Shown: positions 42,345 through 51,930, counted from the first letter of the stretch. The stretch is DNA of 64,000 nt from Gemmatimonadales bacterium (GCA_050733075.1 JBOHSD010000009.1:1189-65188); one strand, 5' to 3'. Program-made: numbers and translations. The notes: generated by a model from the letters alone, not told the origin.

Positions 42345-43748
42345 TCACACCTCGTCAGCTGCAGCCGGAAGCGCCTTCTCCGCTTCGTATCCCGGCCGAC
42401 CCATGGCAGCATAGGTCAGACGCTTGCCAAGCTCCACACCGGGTTGATCGAATGGGTCGATACCGTACCAGGCCCCCGCGTATCCGGTGGCGATCTGAAA
42501 GAACATGATCGCCTCGCCCAGCGTAGCCGCCTTCAGGTCAGGCAGGGTGAGGGTGCAGCTCATTCGCCCCATCTGCGCCAGAGCCGCGGAGGTTGCCTCG
42601 TACTCGGCCCTCAGAAGTTGGCCCAGAGTATGACCCGGCAGGTATTCGAGCTCGGGGGGCAGAGCTTCCTCTGAGCCCGAGGCAGTGCCGGACCGTCCCG
42701 GGATCGGCACGTCGACGCCGAGATCGTCCACCGTGATAAAGGTGATGACCTTGTCGAAGGGTCCCTCCATGAACAGCTGCACCTGGCTGTGCTGGTCCGT
42801 CGCACCGACGGCGCCCACCGGAGTCGGTCCCACGTGAACCGTCCGCCCCTGACGGTCCACCCGCTTCCCCAGACTCTCAGCCCAGAGCTGGCGATACCAT
42901 TCGGCGAACTCGCGCAGGCGGTCGGTGTACGGCATCAAGACGTGTACCCGGGTGTCGAGGTCCAGGCCGGCCGCCCAATGAAGTGCGCTGTACAGTGCCG
43001 GGGGGTTGTCCAGCAGGTCGCCGGATTCGGCGCGCTGCAACGCGATCCGGGCACCGGCCAGGAGGGCCTCGATGTCGATCCCGACCAGGGCAGCAGGCAG
43101 GAGTCCAACCGGAGACAGCACGCTGAAGCGGCCCCCTACCTCCGGCGGTACGTCGAGAGTGGCGATGCGCTCCTGTCGGGCCAGCTCGCGGAGCGCCCCC
43201 CGCGCGGGATCGGTGGTGAACACGAGGTGCCGGGATGCCGCCGGACCCAGCGCTTCATCCAGCCAGCCACGTACCACCAGGTACTGGGCCATCGTTTCTG
43301 CCGTCCCACCCGACTTGCTGATGACGTTGACCAGTACCCGCCGCGGGTCGATTCGCTCGAGCGCCGCCGAGACGGAGGTGGGATCGACGTTCTCGAGAAT
43401 GGTGAGCCGGGGGAAGAAGTCCCTTCCCTCGTCGTCCCACTCGTTCCACGCGGGGCGACGAAGCGCGTTCAGCAGCGCCTTGGTTCCCAGGGCCGACCCG
43501 CCGATGCCGAGCACCAGCACGTGATCGTAGGCCTGCCCCAGTCCTTCGGCAAAGGTCCTGATCTGCCGCATGGTGGGCTCCTGCTCCACCAGCTGGTAGA
43601 ACCCATATTCGCCTGCGCTCCGGCGCTCGCTCACCTCTTTGTGGACAGCCCCGAAGCGTTCGGATAAGTCGGCCAGCCTGGCGCGGGGCAGGCCGTGCTC
43701 TCCGTCGAGCCCGTCCTTCAGCATGTGCCCGTATCGCAGCGTGATCAC
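42345..43748 (-). CDS. pgi: glucose-6-phosphate isomerase
   Basis: GTG 43748 start (GTGA overlap with the upstream stop). VLVLGIGGSALG, ISKSGGTAET SIS-domain motifs. Confidence 0.85.
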   Translation of the reverse strand: MITLRYGHMLKDGLDGEHGLPRARLADLSERFGAVHKEVSERRSAGEYGFYQLVEQEPTMRQIRTFAEGLGQAYDHVLVLGIGGSALGTKALLNALRRPAWNEWDDEGRDFFPRLTILENVDPTSVSAALERIDPRRVLVNVISKSGGTAETMAQYLVVRGWLDEALGPAASRHLVFTTDPARGALRELARQERIATLDVPPEVGGRFSVLSPVGLLPAALVGIDIEALLAGARIALQRAESGDLLDNPPALYSALHWAAGLDLDTRVHVLMPYTDRLREFAEWYRQLWAESLGKRVDRQGRTVHVGPTPVGAVGATDQHSQVQLFMEGPFDKVITFITVDDLGVDVPIPGRSGTASGSEEALPPELEYLPGHTLGQLLRAEYEATSAALAQMGRMSCTLTLPDLKAATLGEAIMFFQIATGYAGAWYGIDPFDQPGVELGKRLTYAAMGRPGYEAEKALPAAADEV

Positions 43749-44521
43749 GCCACCTCCACCTTCAGGCCGTCGTAGGCGGGGAGCACCCCCGGAGGGAGCC
43801 GCGCCTCCAGGTCCGAATGCCCGGTCTCGTGCGTCAAATGCGTCAGATAGGTGCGGCGTGCGCCCAGAGCCCGGGCAGTGTCGATGGCCTCGGAGATGCT
43901 CAAGTGAGTGGGGTGGGGACGCCACCAGAGGGCATTCAGCACCAGCACATCCAAGTCCCGCAGGTGTGCGCGATTGACTTCCGGAATGGCTTTCACGTCG
44001 GTGATGTACGCCAGGCCGCCGACCCGGTAACCAAACACCCGGAGGTGGCCGTGCTCGAAGGCCAGGGGGAGGAGCTCGACGCCAGCGACGGTGATCGGCT
44101 TACGCGGCTGAGTGGCATGCAGGGCCAGCCGCGGCTTGGACGTGCCCTCGTACGGGTGAACCGCCTCATCGAAGATGTAGTTGAAGGACGCTCGCAGACG
44201 ATCCAGTGTCTCGGCCGGTCCGTATATGGGCAGCGCCTGACGTTGGCGCACCGAGAAGATGCGCAAATCGTCGATGCCGTTGATGTGGTCGGCATGCTCG
44301 TGGGTGTAGACCACGGCGTCGATCCGCGAGAACCCCCCGGCGATCAGCTGGAGTCTGAGCTCAGGCGGAGTGTCTATGAGAATGGTGGCGTTGCCCGATT
44401 CGAGTACGGCGCCCGATCTGGTGCGCTTGTCACGCGGGTCGGTCGAGCGACAGACCGCGCAATCACAGCCGATTTGAGGCACGCCGAACGACGTGCCCGT
44501 CCCCAGAAACGTGAGCCGCAT
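43745..44521 (-). CDS. MBL-fold metallo-hydrolase (PhnP/GPP-like)
   Basis: MRLTFLGTGTSFGVPQIGCDCAVC, VYTHEHADHINGIDD. Confidence 0.8.
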   Translation of the reverse strand: MRLTFLGTGTSFGVPQIGCDCAVCRSTDPRDKRTRSGAVLESGNATILIDTPPELRLQLIAGGFSRIDAVVYTHEHADHINGIDDLRIFSVRQRQALPIYGPAETLDRLRASFNYIFDEAVHPYEGTSKPRLALHATQPRKPITVAGVELLPLAFEHGHLRVFGYRVGGLAYITDVKAIPEVNRAHLRDLDVLVLNALWWRPHPTHLSISEAIDTARALGARRTYLTHLTHETGHSDLEARLPPGVLPAYDGLKVEVA

Positions 44522-44524
44522 CCC

Positions 44525-45985
44525 CTAAACTGCTTCGACCTTGAGGAGGTTGGTAGTACCGGGCATGTCGAACGGGACCCCGGCCGTGACCACGAGGCGC
44601 TCGCCGGGCTGGGCGAGCTGGCGCTCGAGGATCTGCTGCCGGGCGGCAGCCAGCATGGTGTCGTAGTTGGTCGAGTGTTCCGTGAGGGCGGGTGTCACAC
44701 CCCAGACCAGGGCCAGCTGCCGAAAGGTCTCCGGCTCCGGCGTGCAGGCGAACACCGGCACAGTGGGGCGGCAGGTGGCCACCTTGCGGGCGGTGAAGCC
44801 GCTGCTGGTGAAGCACACGATCAGGGGAGCCGAGAGCATCTCCGCCGCGGCGCAGACCGCCACTGCGATTGCGTCCTCGGTCCGGATGGGCCCGCTCGGC
44901 GGCGAACGGTGCGTCAGAACACCGTCACCCGAGGAGCGCCGCCCGAGCGCGACGTCGATGGTGGCTCCGCGGGCCTGGCGCTGGCTCTCCATCTCCCGCG
45001 CGATCCGGTCCATCGCTTGAACCGCCTCGAGCGGGTACTCGCCTACCGCGGTTTCGGCTGATAACATGACCGCGTCGGTTCCGTCCAGAATCGCGTTCGC
45101 CACGTCGGAGGCTTCGGCCCGGGTGGGCCTGGGAGCGTGAATCATGGATTCCAGCATCTGGGTTGCCGTGATGACCGGCTTGCCGTGCAGACTGGATTCC
45201 CTGATGATCTGCTTCTGGATCAGGGGTACTTCCTCGAAGGGCAGCTCCACCCCGAGGTCGCCCCGAGCCACCATGATGGCGTCGGATGCGTCCAGGATGC
45301 CGCACAGGTTCTTGAGTGCGGTGTCCTTTTCGATCTTGGCCACCAGCTTGACGCTGCGAGGCACCATGGTGCGCAGCTGCTCGATGTCTTCCGGCCGGCG
45401 CACGAACGACAGCGCGATGTAGTCCACACCGAGCGCGACCGCCTGCTTGACGTCCTCGATGTCCTTCTCGGTGAGCGCCGGCGCGCTTACCTCCAGGCCC
45501 GGCAGATTCATCCCCTTGTAGGACCTGAGCTCCCCGCCGTAGTGAACCACCGCCTCGACCCGCTCCTCCACTACCCCGCGCACCTCGAGAGAGAGCAGGC
45601 CGTCATCAAGGAGGATCCGTGCCCCCACCCGCACGTCCTTGGCCAGATCCTCGTAAGTGGTCGGAATCTCGCCTGCCCTTGCCACGCTCTCGGGCGCGAA
45701 CACCACCCGCCGTCCCGGCTCGAGCCTGGTAGGCTCGGACAGGTTTCCGATGCGAATGCGGGGCCCCTGCAGATCGAGCAGGACCGCCGCCGCTTCGCGC
45801 CGGGCCCCCAGGACCCCGCGCAGTTGGTGGATCCAGCGGGAGCGGATCTCGGAACTTCCATGTGAGGCGTTGATGCGAACCACGTCCACCCCGGCATCGA
45901 GTAACGCGGTCATCTGCGCCGGCTTTTCCCAGGCAGGCCCCAGGGTGGCCACGATCTTGGTTCGGCGGATAGACGTCAGCGGCAT
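44525..45985 (-). CDS. pyk: pyruvate kinase
   Basis: KIVATLGPA, RINASHG, MVARGDLGVELP, ATQMLESM. Confidence 0.9.
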   Translation of the reverse strand: MPLTSIRRTKIVATLGPAWEKPAQMTALLDAGVDVVRINASHGSSEIRSRWIHQLRGVLGARREAAAVLLDLQGPRIRIGNLSEPTRLEPGRRVVFAPESVARAGEIPTTYEDLAKDVRVGARILLDDGLLSLEVRGVVEERVEAVVHYGGELRSYKGMNLPGLEVSAPALTEKDIEDVKQAVALGVDYIALSFVRRPEDIEQLRTMVPRSVKLVAKIEKDTALKNLCGILDASDAIMVARGDLGVELPFEEVPLIQKQIIRESSLHGKPVITATQMLESMIHAPRPTRAEASDVANAILDGTDAVMLSAETAVGEYPLEAVQAMDRIAREMESQRQARGATIDVALGRRSSGDGVLTHRSPPSGPIRTEDAIAVAVCAAAEMLSAPLIVCFTSSGFTARKVATCRPTVPVFACTPEPETFRQLALVWGVTPALTEHSTNYDTMLAAARQQILERQLAQPGERLVVTAGVPFDMPGTTNLLKVEAV

Positions 45986-46069
45986 GGCAGGAGTCTAATG
46001 GGAGAGCGTCACCACTGCATCACCGTATTCCCGCCTCTGGCCAGTCGAAACCGGCACCCCCGAAGCCGC

Positions 46070-46085
46070 TTTCCACATGTGGAAA
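46070..46085. promoter_or_regulatory. perfect 16-bp palindrome TTTCCACATGTGGAAA, candidate operator upstream of pyk
   Basis: 85-100 nt upstream of the pyk ATG, at the edge of an AT-rich stretch. A second palindrome, GAAGTGACTTC, lies at 46149-46159. Confidence 0.4.
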
Positions 46086-46331
46086 AGCCATGGAAGTGAA
46101 TATCTTATTTGCGTGCAAAACCTCATAAAACGCTTCACTACTGATGCGGAAGTGACTTCATATTAGCGTTGCAACTACTACTGTGATAAGCTCTTGCAGG
46201 CGCGGTCCCAAGTCGCCTATCCCCAATGCGACAGTGTCGCTTGTAGTCCTGTATTTATGCAGACAGTCGAATTATGAACATCATCGACATGCAATTTCAG
46301 GTATAGGCCCGGTCTACCCCCGCCACCGGCG

Positions 46332-46403
46332 AAAAAAAGCCCGATTAGAGCGGGGAGCTGGCACCAAACGGGCTGTGAGAGCCGCGAGCCGAAGAGCCCG
46401 TTG
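46332..46403 (-). terminator. two overlapping hairpins, the distal one followed by U7 (minus strand)
   Basis: AACGGGCT (46367-46374) can pair with AGCCCGTT (46394-46401) or, via CGGGCT, with AGCCCG (46338-46343). The latter is followed on the minus strand by seven U (46338-46332). Confidence 0.55.
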
Positions 46404-46411
46404 ACCGGCGA

Positions 46412-46521
46412 GGTGGAGAGAACGGTTTAGGTGGAGAGAACGGTCTAGGTGGCTAGAGAACGGTTTAGGTGAAGAGAACGGTTTAGGTGGAGAGAACAGT
46501 CGAGGTGGGGAGAACAGTGGC
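46412..46521. repeat. six tandem copies of an 18-nt unit (GGTGGAGAGAACGGTTTA)
   Basis: Units at 46412-46429, 46430-46447, 46448-46467 (20 nt), 46468-46485, 46486-46503 and 46504-46521, degenerating toward the last. Confidence 0.9.
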
Positions 46522-46547
46522 GCCGGGCAGACCACCCGAAGAACCGG

Positions 46548-47393
46548 TTAACGTGAAAAGATCAGCTCGGCCCTGCCGCCCTGGTACCGCGGTCCCACGA
46601 ACCGGATGGGGGAGGCCTTCAACATCTTGGCCAGGTCGTCCTTCCCCTCCACACTCAAGAAGCCAACCAGAGGTCTGCTCCAGTCCGGTCGGAGGACCGC
46701 ACGGACCTTCCATAAGGCACCGGAGATCCCCTTGACCTGCCACGACTCCTCAAACGCTTGTTCGACCCCGGTGCTATCGCCGGCAGGGCGGCCACTCCAG
46801 ACCAGGCGGGTCCTGCCGAGCTTGGCCTCATGCACCTCACGACCCCCATCGCCACCGCTCGACACGGCCGACCCTGCTTCACGGACTCTGAGCCGGGCAG
46901 CCTGGGCTGCGCGAACGATTCGTCCGCTGCTGGACCAGAGCTCCAGTATGAGGTCCCGCCGCGCTCCGCTTCCCTGCTCTGCGGCGGCGAGGCTCCAGAC
47001 GCCGACCATCTGGGGGCGGCGCGCATTCTTCTCGGCCACGGTACGCCCTCCCACGCTCACGGTATCCGCGTAGAAGATGCATAGGGCCGAAGGTATCCAG
47101 GAAGCGAACTCGGGCTGATTCGTGACGACAGTTCTGAGGGCTGGGTCGAGAGATTCGTCTTGATCAGCGGGGACAGGGTGATACCCCGCACGTAGCTCCT
47201 GGTCGGCGGAGCCCGGCTCGATGAGAAACCGGACACACTGGTGCGAATGGATGCCCTTGAGGGCCCAGGACGGCCCTGGCCTATGGTCCGAAGCGGCCTG
47301 AGCCTGGAGGGTGGACACCCCACAGGTAAGGGCCAGGCTCAAGGTAAGGCGGGCACCGGCGCTGACCCGCGGACCCGCAGAGCTCGAGAGCAC
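46548..47393 (-). CDS. secreted hypothetical protein
   Basis: 281-aa ORF with signal-like LTLSLALTCGVSTLQAQA and high GC3. No family recognised. Confidence 0.6.
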   Translation of the reverse strand: MLSSSAGPRVSAGARLTLSLALTCGVSTLQAQAASDHRPGPSWALKGIHSHQCVRFLIEPGSADQELRAGYHPVPADQDESLDPALRTVVTNQPEFASWIPSALCIFYADTVSVGGRTVAEKNARRPQMVGVWSLAAAEQGSGARRDLILELWSSSGRIVRAAQAARLRVREAGSAVSSGGDGGREVHEAKLGRTRLVWSGRPAGDSTGVEQAFEESWQVKGISGALWKVRAVLRPDWSRPLVGFLSVEGKDDLAKMLKASPIRFVGPRYQGGRAELIFSR

Positions 47394-47399
47394 CGATAG

Positions 47400-47981
47400 T
47401 CAGCTTCCGCGGGTGCTGCGAACCGCTGCCTGGAGCTCGGAATAAGCCTGAGGATCGAGCGCATTGAACTTGAGATTGCGGTATTTGACCCGGCCGTCGG
47501 GGCCGATGACGTAGACGGTGCGCCGGTTGATGCCACCCGAGTCCTTGCTGCCGTACTGCTTCGAGATTCGCTGCTCGGGATCGCTCAGCAGCCGAAAGGG
47601 CAGTCCCAGGCTGGCCGCGAAGCGACTATGGGTGGTCACCGAATCGGTGCTGATGCCGACGAGTGTGACGTCGGGCCCGAACAGGCTGTCGTACTGTTCG
47701 GCAAAGGTACGCATCTGAGCGGTACACCCCTTGGTGAAGTCCCGGGGATAGAACGCCACTACTACGGTTCTGCCTCGGTCGCTTGCCAGTTGATAGGGGG
47801 CCTCTATCGGGCCTATGCCGTCGCGGTTGGCCCAAGGCAACGAGAAATCGGGAGCCCGGCGGCCTACCTCCGGGCCGCTCACGAGCACAGCGGTGACCCG
47901 GTCGGTTTGCCCTTGGGCGACAAGGGGAACGCTGGCGAGGGCAAATGCTGCAAATGCCAGACTTAGAGTGACGAGACGCAT
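47400..47981 (-). CDS. peroxiredoxin (AhpC/TSA, Bcp-like) with signal peptide
   Basis: VVVAFYPRDFTKGCTAQ peroxidatic Cys context. Signal peptide MRLVTLSLAFAAFALASVPLVAQ. Confidence 0.85.
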   Translation of the reverse strand: MRLVTLSLAFAAFALASVPLVAQGQTDRVTAVLVSGPEVGRRAPDFSLPWANRDGIGPIEAPYQLASDRGRTVVVAFYPRDFTKGCTAQMRTFAEQYDSLFGPDVTLVGISTDSVTTHSRFAASLGLPFRLLSDPEQRISKQYGSKDSGGINRRTVYVIGPDGRVKYRNLKFNALDPQAYSELQAAVRSTRGS

Positions 47982-48010
47982 GACGTATATGGTCCTGTTG
48001 GTGATGTGAG

Positions 48011-48508
48011 TCAGTTTCGGGTAACCTGGCTAAGCACCTTCTCGAACTCCTGCCTGCCGCCGGTTCCCGTATAGGCGACTTTCCCCGACCGGTCAACGAC
48101 TACCACATAAGAGGTGGCAGGCACCTGATAGGCCCGCACGCTGGTTCCCTCTTCGTCGTAGAGGGTACGAAACCCGGGCTGATGGGTCTCGACATATTTC
48201 CGGACCCGGTCGCGGGACTGATTGACCGTAACGTTGATCCCAATGAACTCGACCTCGGCGCCATAGGCTGCCTGGGCCGCCCGGACCCTGGGCAGAAGCT
48301 CCTCGCAAACTTCACACCACGTGGCCCAGAACTCGAGAAAGACCGGCTTCTTGCCGATGTATTGACCGAGATCGACGGATTTGCCGTCCAGGTCGGGCAC
48401 AGCAACTACCGGGGCCGGCACCCCTACCGCAATGCCCGACTCCTGGGCGCCGAGAGGCGCGAAGAGCCCCAGATTGATCAGTAAAACCGCGGCTGCAAGC
48501 TTTCTCAT
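48011..48508 (-). CDS. TlpA-family thiol:disulfide oxidoreductase
   Basis: Start at MRKLAAAVLL (ATG 48508-48506). FLEFWATWCEVCEE thioredoxin motif. Confidence 0.85.
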   Translation of the reverse strand: MRKLAAAVLLINLGLFAPLGAQESGIAVGVPAPVVAVPDLDGKSVDLGQYIGKKPVFLEFWATWCEVCEELLPRVRAAQAAYGAEVEFIGINVTVNQSRDRVRKYVETHQPGFRTLYDEEGTSVRAYQVPATSYVVVVDRSGKVAYTGTGGRQEFEKVLSQVTRN

Positions 48509-48509
48509 C

Positions 48510-49745
48510 TCAACTCCTCTCCACGGGCTCGACCGCACCGTAGCGCGAGGCCACGTAATCCTCGAGAATGCCGAGGAACTCAGCGACGATGCCGTCGCCC
48601 CGCAGCGTGACCAGGAGGCGGCCGTCCACGTAGACCGGCGCCTTCGGTTCCTCGAACGTGCCCGGCAGCGAGATGCCGATGTCGGCGTGCTTCGACTCAC
48701 CGGGACCATTAACCACGCAGCCCATGACCGCAACCTTCAGGTCCTCGACTCCGGGACGCTCGCTCCGCCAGGCCGGCATCTTCTCCCGAAGATAGTCCTG
48801 AATCTCCTGCGCCATCTGCTGAAAGAAGGTGCTCGTCGTGCGACCACAACCGGGGCAGCTGGTGACCTGAGGGGTGAAGCTGCGGAGTCCAAGAGACTGA
48901 AGCACCTGTTGGGCCACCCGGACCTCCTCGGTGCGGTCTCCTCCGGGCGCCGGAGTGAGAGAGATCCGGATGGTGTCGCCGATTCCTTCCTGCAACAGGA
49001 TGCTCAGACCCGCGGTGCTGGCGATGATACCCTTACTTCCCAGCCCCGCTTCCGTGAGCCCGAGGTGGAGCGGATAATCGCACCGGGCCGCGAGCATGCG
49101 GTAGACTTCCACCAGATCCTGAACTCCGGAAACCTTGGCGCTCAGCACGATCTGGCTGTGCTCCATGCCGGCGGCCTCGGCCAGGGCAGCCGATTGCAGT
49201 GCGCTTTCGACCATGGCTTCCATGACTACCTCGCGCGCATCGCGCGGGGTGCGACGGGTAGCGTTGGCATCCATCATCCCGGTCAGCAGGCTCTGGTCGA
49301 GCGACCCCCAGTTGACCCCGATGCGGACGGGCTTGCCGTTCGCGAGCGCCACCTCGATGATGGCCCGGAAATTCTCGTCATGGCGCTTCCCGCCGACGTT
49401 GCCGGGATTGATCCGATACTTGGCGAGAGCCCGGGCGCAATCGCGATACCTGGTGAGGAGCAGATGACCGTTGTAGTGGAAGTCGCCGATGATGGGAACG
49501 GACACCCCGGCTCGATCGAGACCCTCGACAATGGCCGGCACCGCGGCGGCCGAGGCCTCGTTGTTGACCGTGATCCGGACCAGCTCGCTGCCGGCTCTCG
49601 CCAGATCGGCCGCCTGCTGCACCGTGGCGGACACGTCGGCCGTGTCGGTGTTGGTCATCGACTGAATGACTATCGGATGACCGAACCCGACCTGAACGCC
49701 ACCGATGTCGGCGGTAACGGTCTGGCGGCGAGTTAGGGGCGGCAT
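48510..49745 (-). CDS. ispG: 4-hydroxy-3-methylbut-2-en-1-yl diphosphate synthase
   Basis: [37 protein letters not shown] motifs. Confidence 0.9.
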   Translation of the reverse strand: MPPLTRRQTVTADIGGVQVGFGHPIVIQSMTNTDTADVSATVQQAADLARAGSELVRITVNNEASAAAVPAIVEGLDRAGVSVPIIGDFHYNGHLLLTRYRDCARALAKYRINPGNVGGKRHDENFRAIIEVALANGKPVRIGVNWGSLDQSLLTGMMDANATRRTPRDAREVVMEAMVESALQSAALAEAAGMEHSQIVLSAKVSGVQDLVEVYRMLAARCDYPLHLGLTEAGLGSKGIIASTAGLSILLQEGIGDTIRISLTPAPGGDRTEEVRVAQQVLQSLGLRSFTPQVTSCPGCGRTTSTFFQQMAQEIQDYLREKMPAWRSERPGVEDLKVAVMGCVVNGPGESKHADIGISLPGTFEEPKAPVYVDGRLLVTLRGDGIVAEFLGILEDYVASRYGAVEPVERS

Positions 49746-49781
49746 GAGAGGGAATATAAGTATGGGCAGGCAAAAGCATTA

Positions 49782-49966
49782 GCCACGGATGGGACAGATG
49801 GGAACGGATCGCTCCGGGCCGGTATGAGCTTTCCTTCCCGGCGTACTTGCCCGCTCGGAAGCGTCACAGGTGGAGTGACGTTGAACATCACCTGTAGACA
49901 AGGAAGTTGGAAACTGAACGCAGGGTGCACACGGAGCAATCCGTTCCCATCCGTGTCATCTGCGGC
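49782..49966. mobile_element. MITE-like element: 35-bp imperfect terminal inverted repeats around a core of about 115 bp
   Basis: GCCACGGATGGGACAGATGGGAACGGATCGCTCCG (49782-49816) matches the reverse complement of CGGAGCAATCCGTTCCCATCCGTGTCATCTGCGGC (49932-49966) at 29/35 positions. The termini are homologous to the 3' ends of module A at 2380-2413 and 2885-2914. Confidence 0.6.
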
Positions 49967-49990
49967 CTACCGTTGCTGTTAGATTCGTGC

Positions 49991-50998
49991 ATGCCCGCCG
50001 AGCCCCGGTCCACGCCGTCGCGCGCCACCATCTCCGCGGTCGCGACCTACGTACCGGAGCGGGTTCTCACCAACGCCGATCTCGCCCAGCGGCTGGATAC
50101 ATCTGACGAGTGGATCGTTACCCGGACCGGCATCCGCGAGCGCCGGATCGGTGGTCCGGGCGAGACCACCTCCACCATGGGCAGCGAGGCGGTGGGCCGG
50201 CTGATGGCGCGGCGCGGCCTCGGCCCCGATGACATCGATGCCGTCATCGTCGCCACGGTAACTCCGGATATGCTCTTCCCCGCCACCGCCTGCCTGATTC
50301 AGGATCGACTCGGGCTGCGCCGGGCCTGGGGCTTCGATCTGTCGGCGGCCTGCTCCGGCTTCCTCTACGCCATGACCACAGGGGCCCAGCTCGTTGCGAG
50401 CGGAGCTCACGAGCGGGTGGTGATCGTGGGAGCGGATCTCATGAGCTCCATCACCGATCCGCTCGACCGGACCACGGCCGTGCTCTTCGGCGACGGAGCC
50501 GGAGCGGCACTGCTGGAACGGGCGGAGCCCGGCTACGGGATAATGGACTTTTATCATCGGGTGGATGGCAGCGGCCGGAACGATCTGCTGATGCCCGCGG
50601 GCGGCAGTCTCCTGCCGGCGAGCCTGGCCACCGTCACCGCCCGGCAGCACTTCCTGAGGCAGAATGGCAGGGCGGTCTTCAAGTTTGCCGTCACGCAGAT
50701 GGTGGAAAGCGTTCGAATCGTGCTGGCGAGGAACGGACTGACCGCTGCCGACGTGGCTCTGCTGGTACCGCACCAGGCCAACCAGCGGATCCTGGACGCG
50801 GTTGGCGAACGCCTGGGCCTGCCGCAGGAGCGCGTGGCATCAGTGCTGGCTGGCTACGGCAACACGACCGGCGCGACGCTCCCCTTGGCGCTGGATGCGG
50901 CGCTGTCAGCGGGCAAGATCGAGCGGGGGGACCTGGTGGTGTTCACTGCGGTTGGCGCCGGGCTTACGGTGGGGGCGACGTTGGTCCGGTGGGGGTAG
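49991..50998 (+). CDS. fabH: 3-oxoacyl-ACP synthase III
   Basis: Start at MPAEPRS (ATG 49991). TSDEWIVTRTGIRERR, active-site SAACSGF, HQANQRI, GNTTGATLP. Confidence 0.9.
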   Translation: MPAEPRSTPSRATISAVATYVPERVLTNADLAQRLDTSDEWIVTRTGIRERRIGGPGETTSTMGSEAVGRLMARRGLGPDDIDAVIVATVTPDMLFPATACLIQDRLGLRRAWGFDLSAACSGFLYAMTTGAQLVASGAHERVVIVGADLMSSITDPLDRTTAVLFGDGAGAALLERAEPGYGIMDFYHRVDGSGRNDLLMPAGGSLLPASLATVTARQHFLRQNGRAVFKFAVTQMVESVRIVLARNGLTAADVALLVPHQANQRILDAVGERLGLPQERVASVLAGYGNTTGATLPLALDAALSAGKIERGDLVVFTAVGAGLTVGATLVRWG

Positions 50999-51015
50999 CA
51001 GCCCGTCTTTCCCCC

Positions 51016-51930
51016 TCACGCCCGCGAAAACTCGGCCGCCGTAATCGGCGCCAGATCAGCTTCACTGAGGGTGAGGCTCGCCGCCCCCGCGCTGTCCAGG
51101 GCGTGCTCGACCGTCCGTGCGCTGGGAATCACGATGACCGCTGGCGACTGGGCCAGGACCCAGGCTAGCGCCAGGGCGTGAGCCGTCACACCCAGGCGGG
51201 CGGCCATAGGCTGGAGTACGGGGTGAGCCGGTAGCTTGTGGTTGAGCCGCCCTCCCCCGGTCGGGCTGTATGCCAGGAAGCCGATCCCCCGCTCGGCGCA
51301 ATACGCCACCACACCGTCGCCCAGCGCCTCGCGAAAGAACAGATTGAGGCGATTCTGCACGCTGGTCACCTGGACGATCGTCTCGGCCTGGCGAATCTGG
51401 GCCAGTGATACGTTGGAGAGGCCGATCCAGCGGATCTTGCCCTGTTGCTGAAGATCGGCGAGTGCCCCGACACTTTCGGCAAAGGGGACCTGCGGATCGG
51501 GGGCGTGAAGCTGGTAAAGGTCTATCTGTTCCACTCGAAGTGCCTTCAGCGAGCTTTCGCAGGCGGCTCGCAGGTGCTCCGGGCTCCCGTTCGTCTCCCA
51601 GCGCCCCGACGGTCTCGTTACCCCACCCTTGGTAGCCACGATGACCCGCTCCCGGTCCTCCCGGAGCCCGTTGAGAGCTCGGGCGACGAGTCGCTCGTTG
51701 TGGCCTATGTCGGTCTGGTCGAGGCAATAGACGTCTGCGGTGTCGATGAGGGTAACACCGGCATCCAGGACGGCACGGATGACCCTGACTCCCTGCTCCT
51801 CGGATGGGCGATCCTGGATGGAAAGGTGCATGCCGCCGTATCCCACCGCCGTCACGGGCGGTGCACCCGGACCCAGGCTCCGGCGGGGAATAAGCCTTTT
51901 TATCGACTTCTCGGAAGCGATCGGGCTCAC
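51016..51930 (-). CDS. aldo/keto reductase
   Basis: GVTLIDTADVY, VIVATKGG, LYQLHAPD, IPSARTVEH. GTGA overlap with the upstream small ORF. Confidence 0.85.
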   Translation of the reverse strand: MSPIASEKSIKRLIPRRSLGPGAPPVTAVGYGGMHLSIQDRPSEEQGVRVIRAVLDAGVTLIDTADVYCLDQTDIGHNERLVARALNGLREDRERVIVATKGGVTRPSGRWETNGSPEHLRAACESSLKALRVEQIDLYQLHAPDPQVPFAESVGALADLQQQGKIRWIGLSNVSLAQIRQAETIVQVTSVQNRLNLFFREALGDGVVAYCAERGIGFLAYSPTGGGRLNHKLPAHPVLQPMAARLGVTAHALALAWVLAQSPAVIVIPSARTVEHALDSAGAASLTLSEADLAPITAAEFSRA

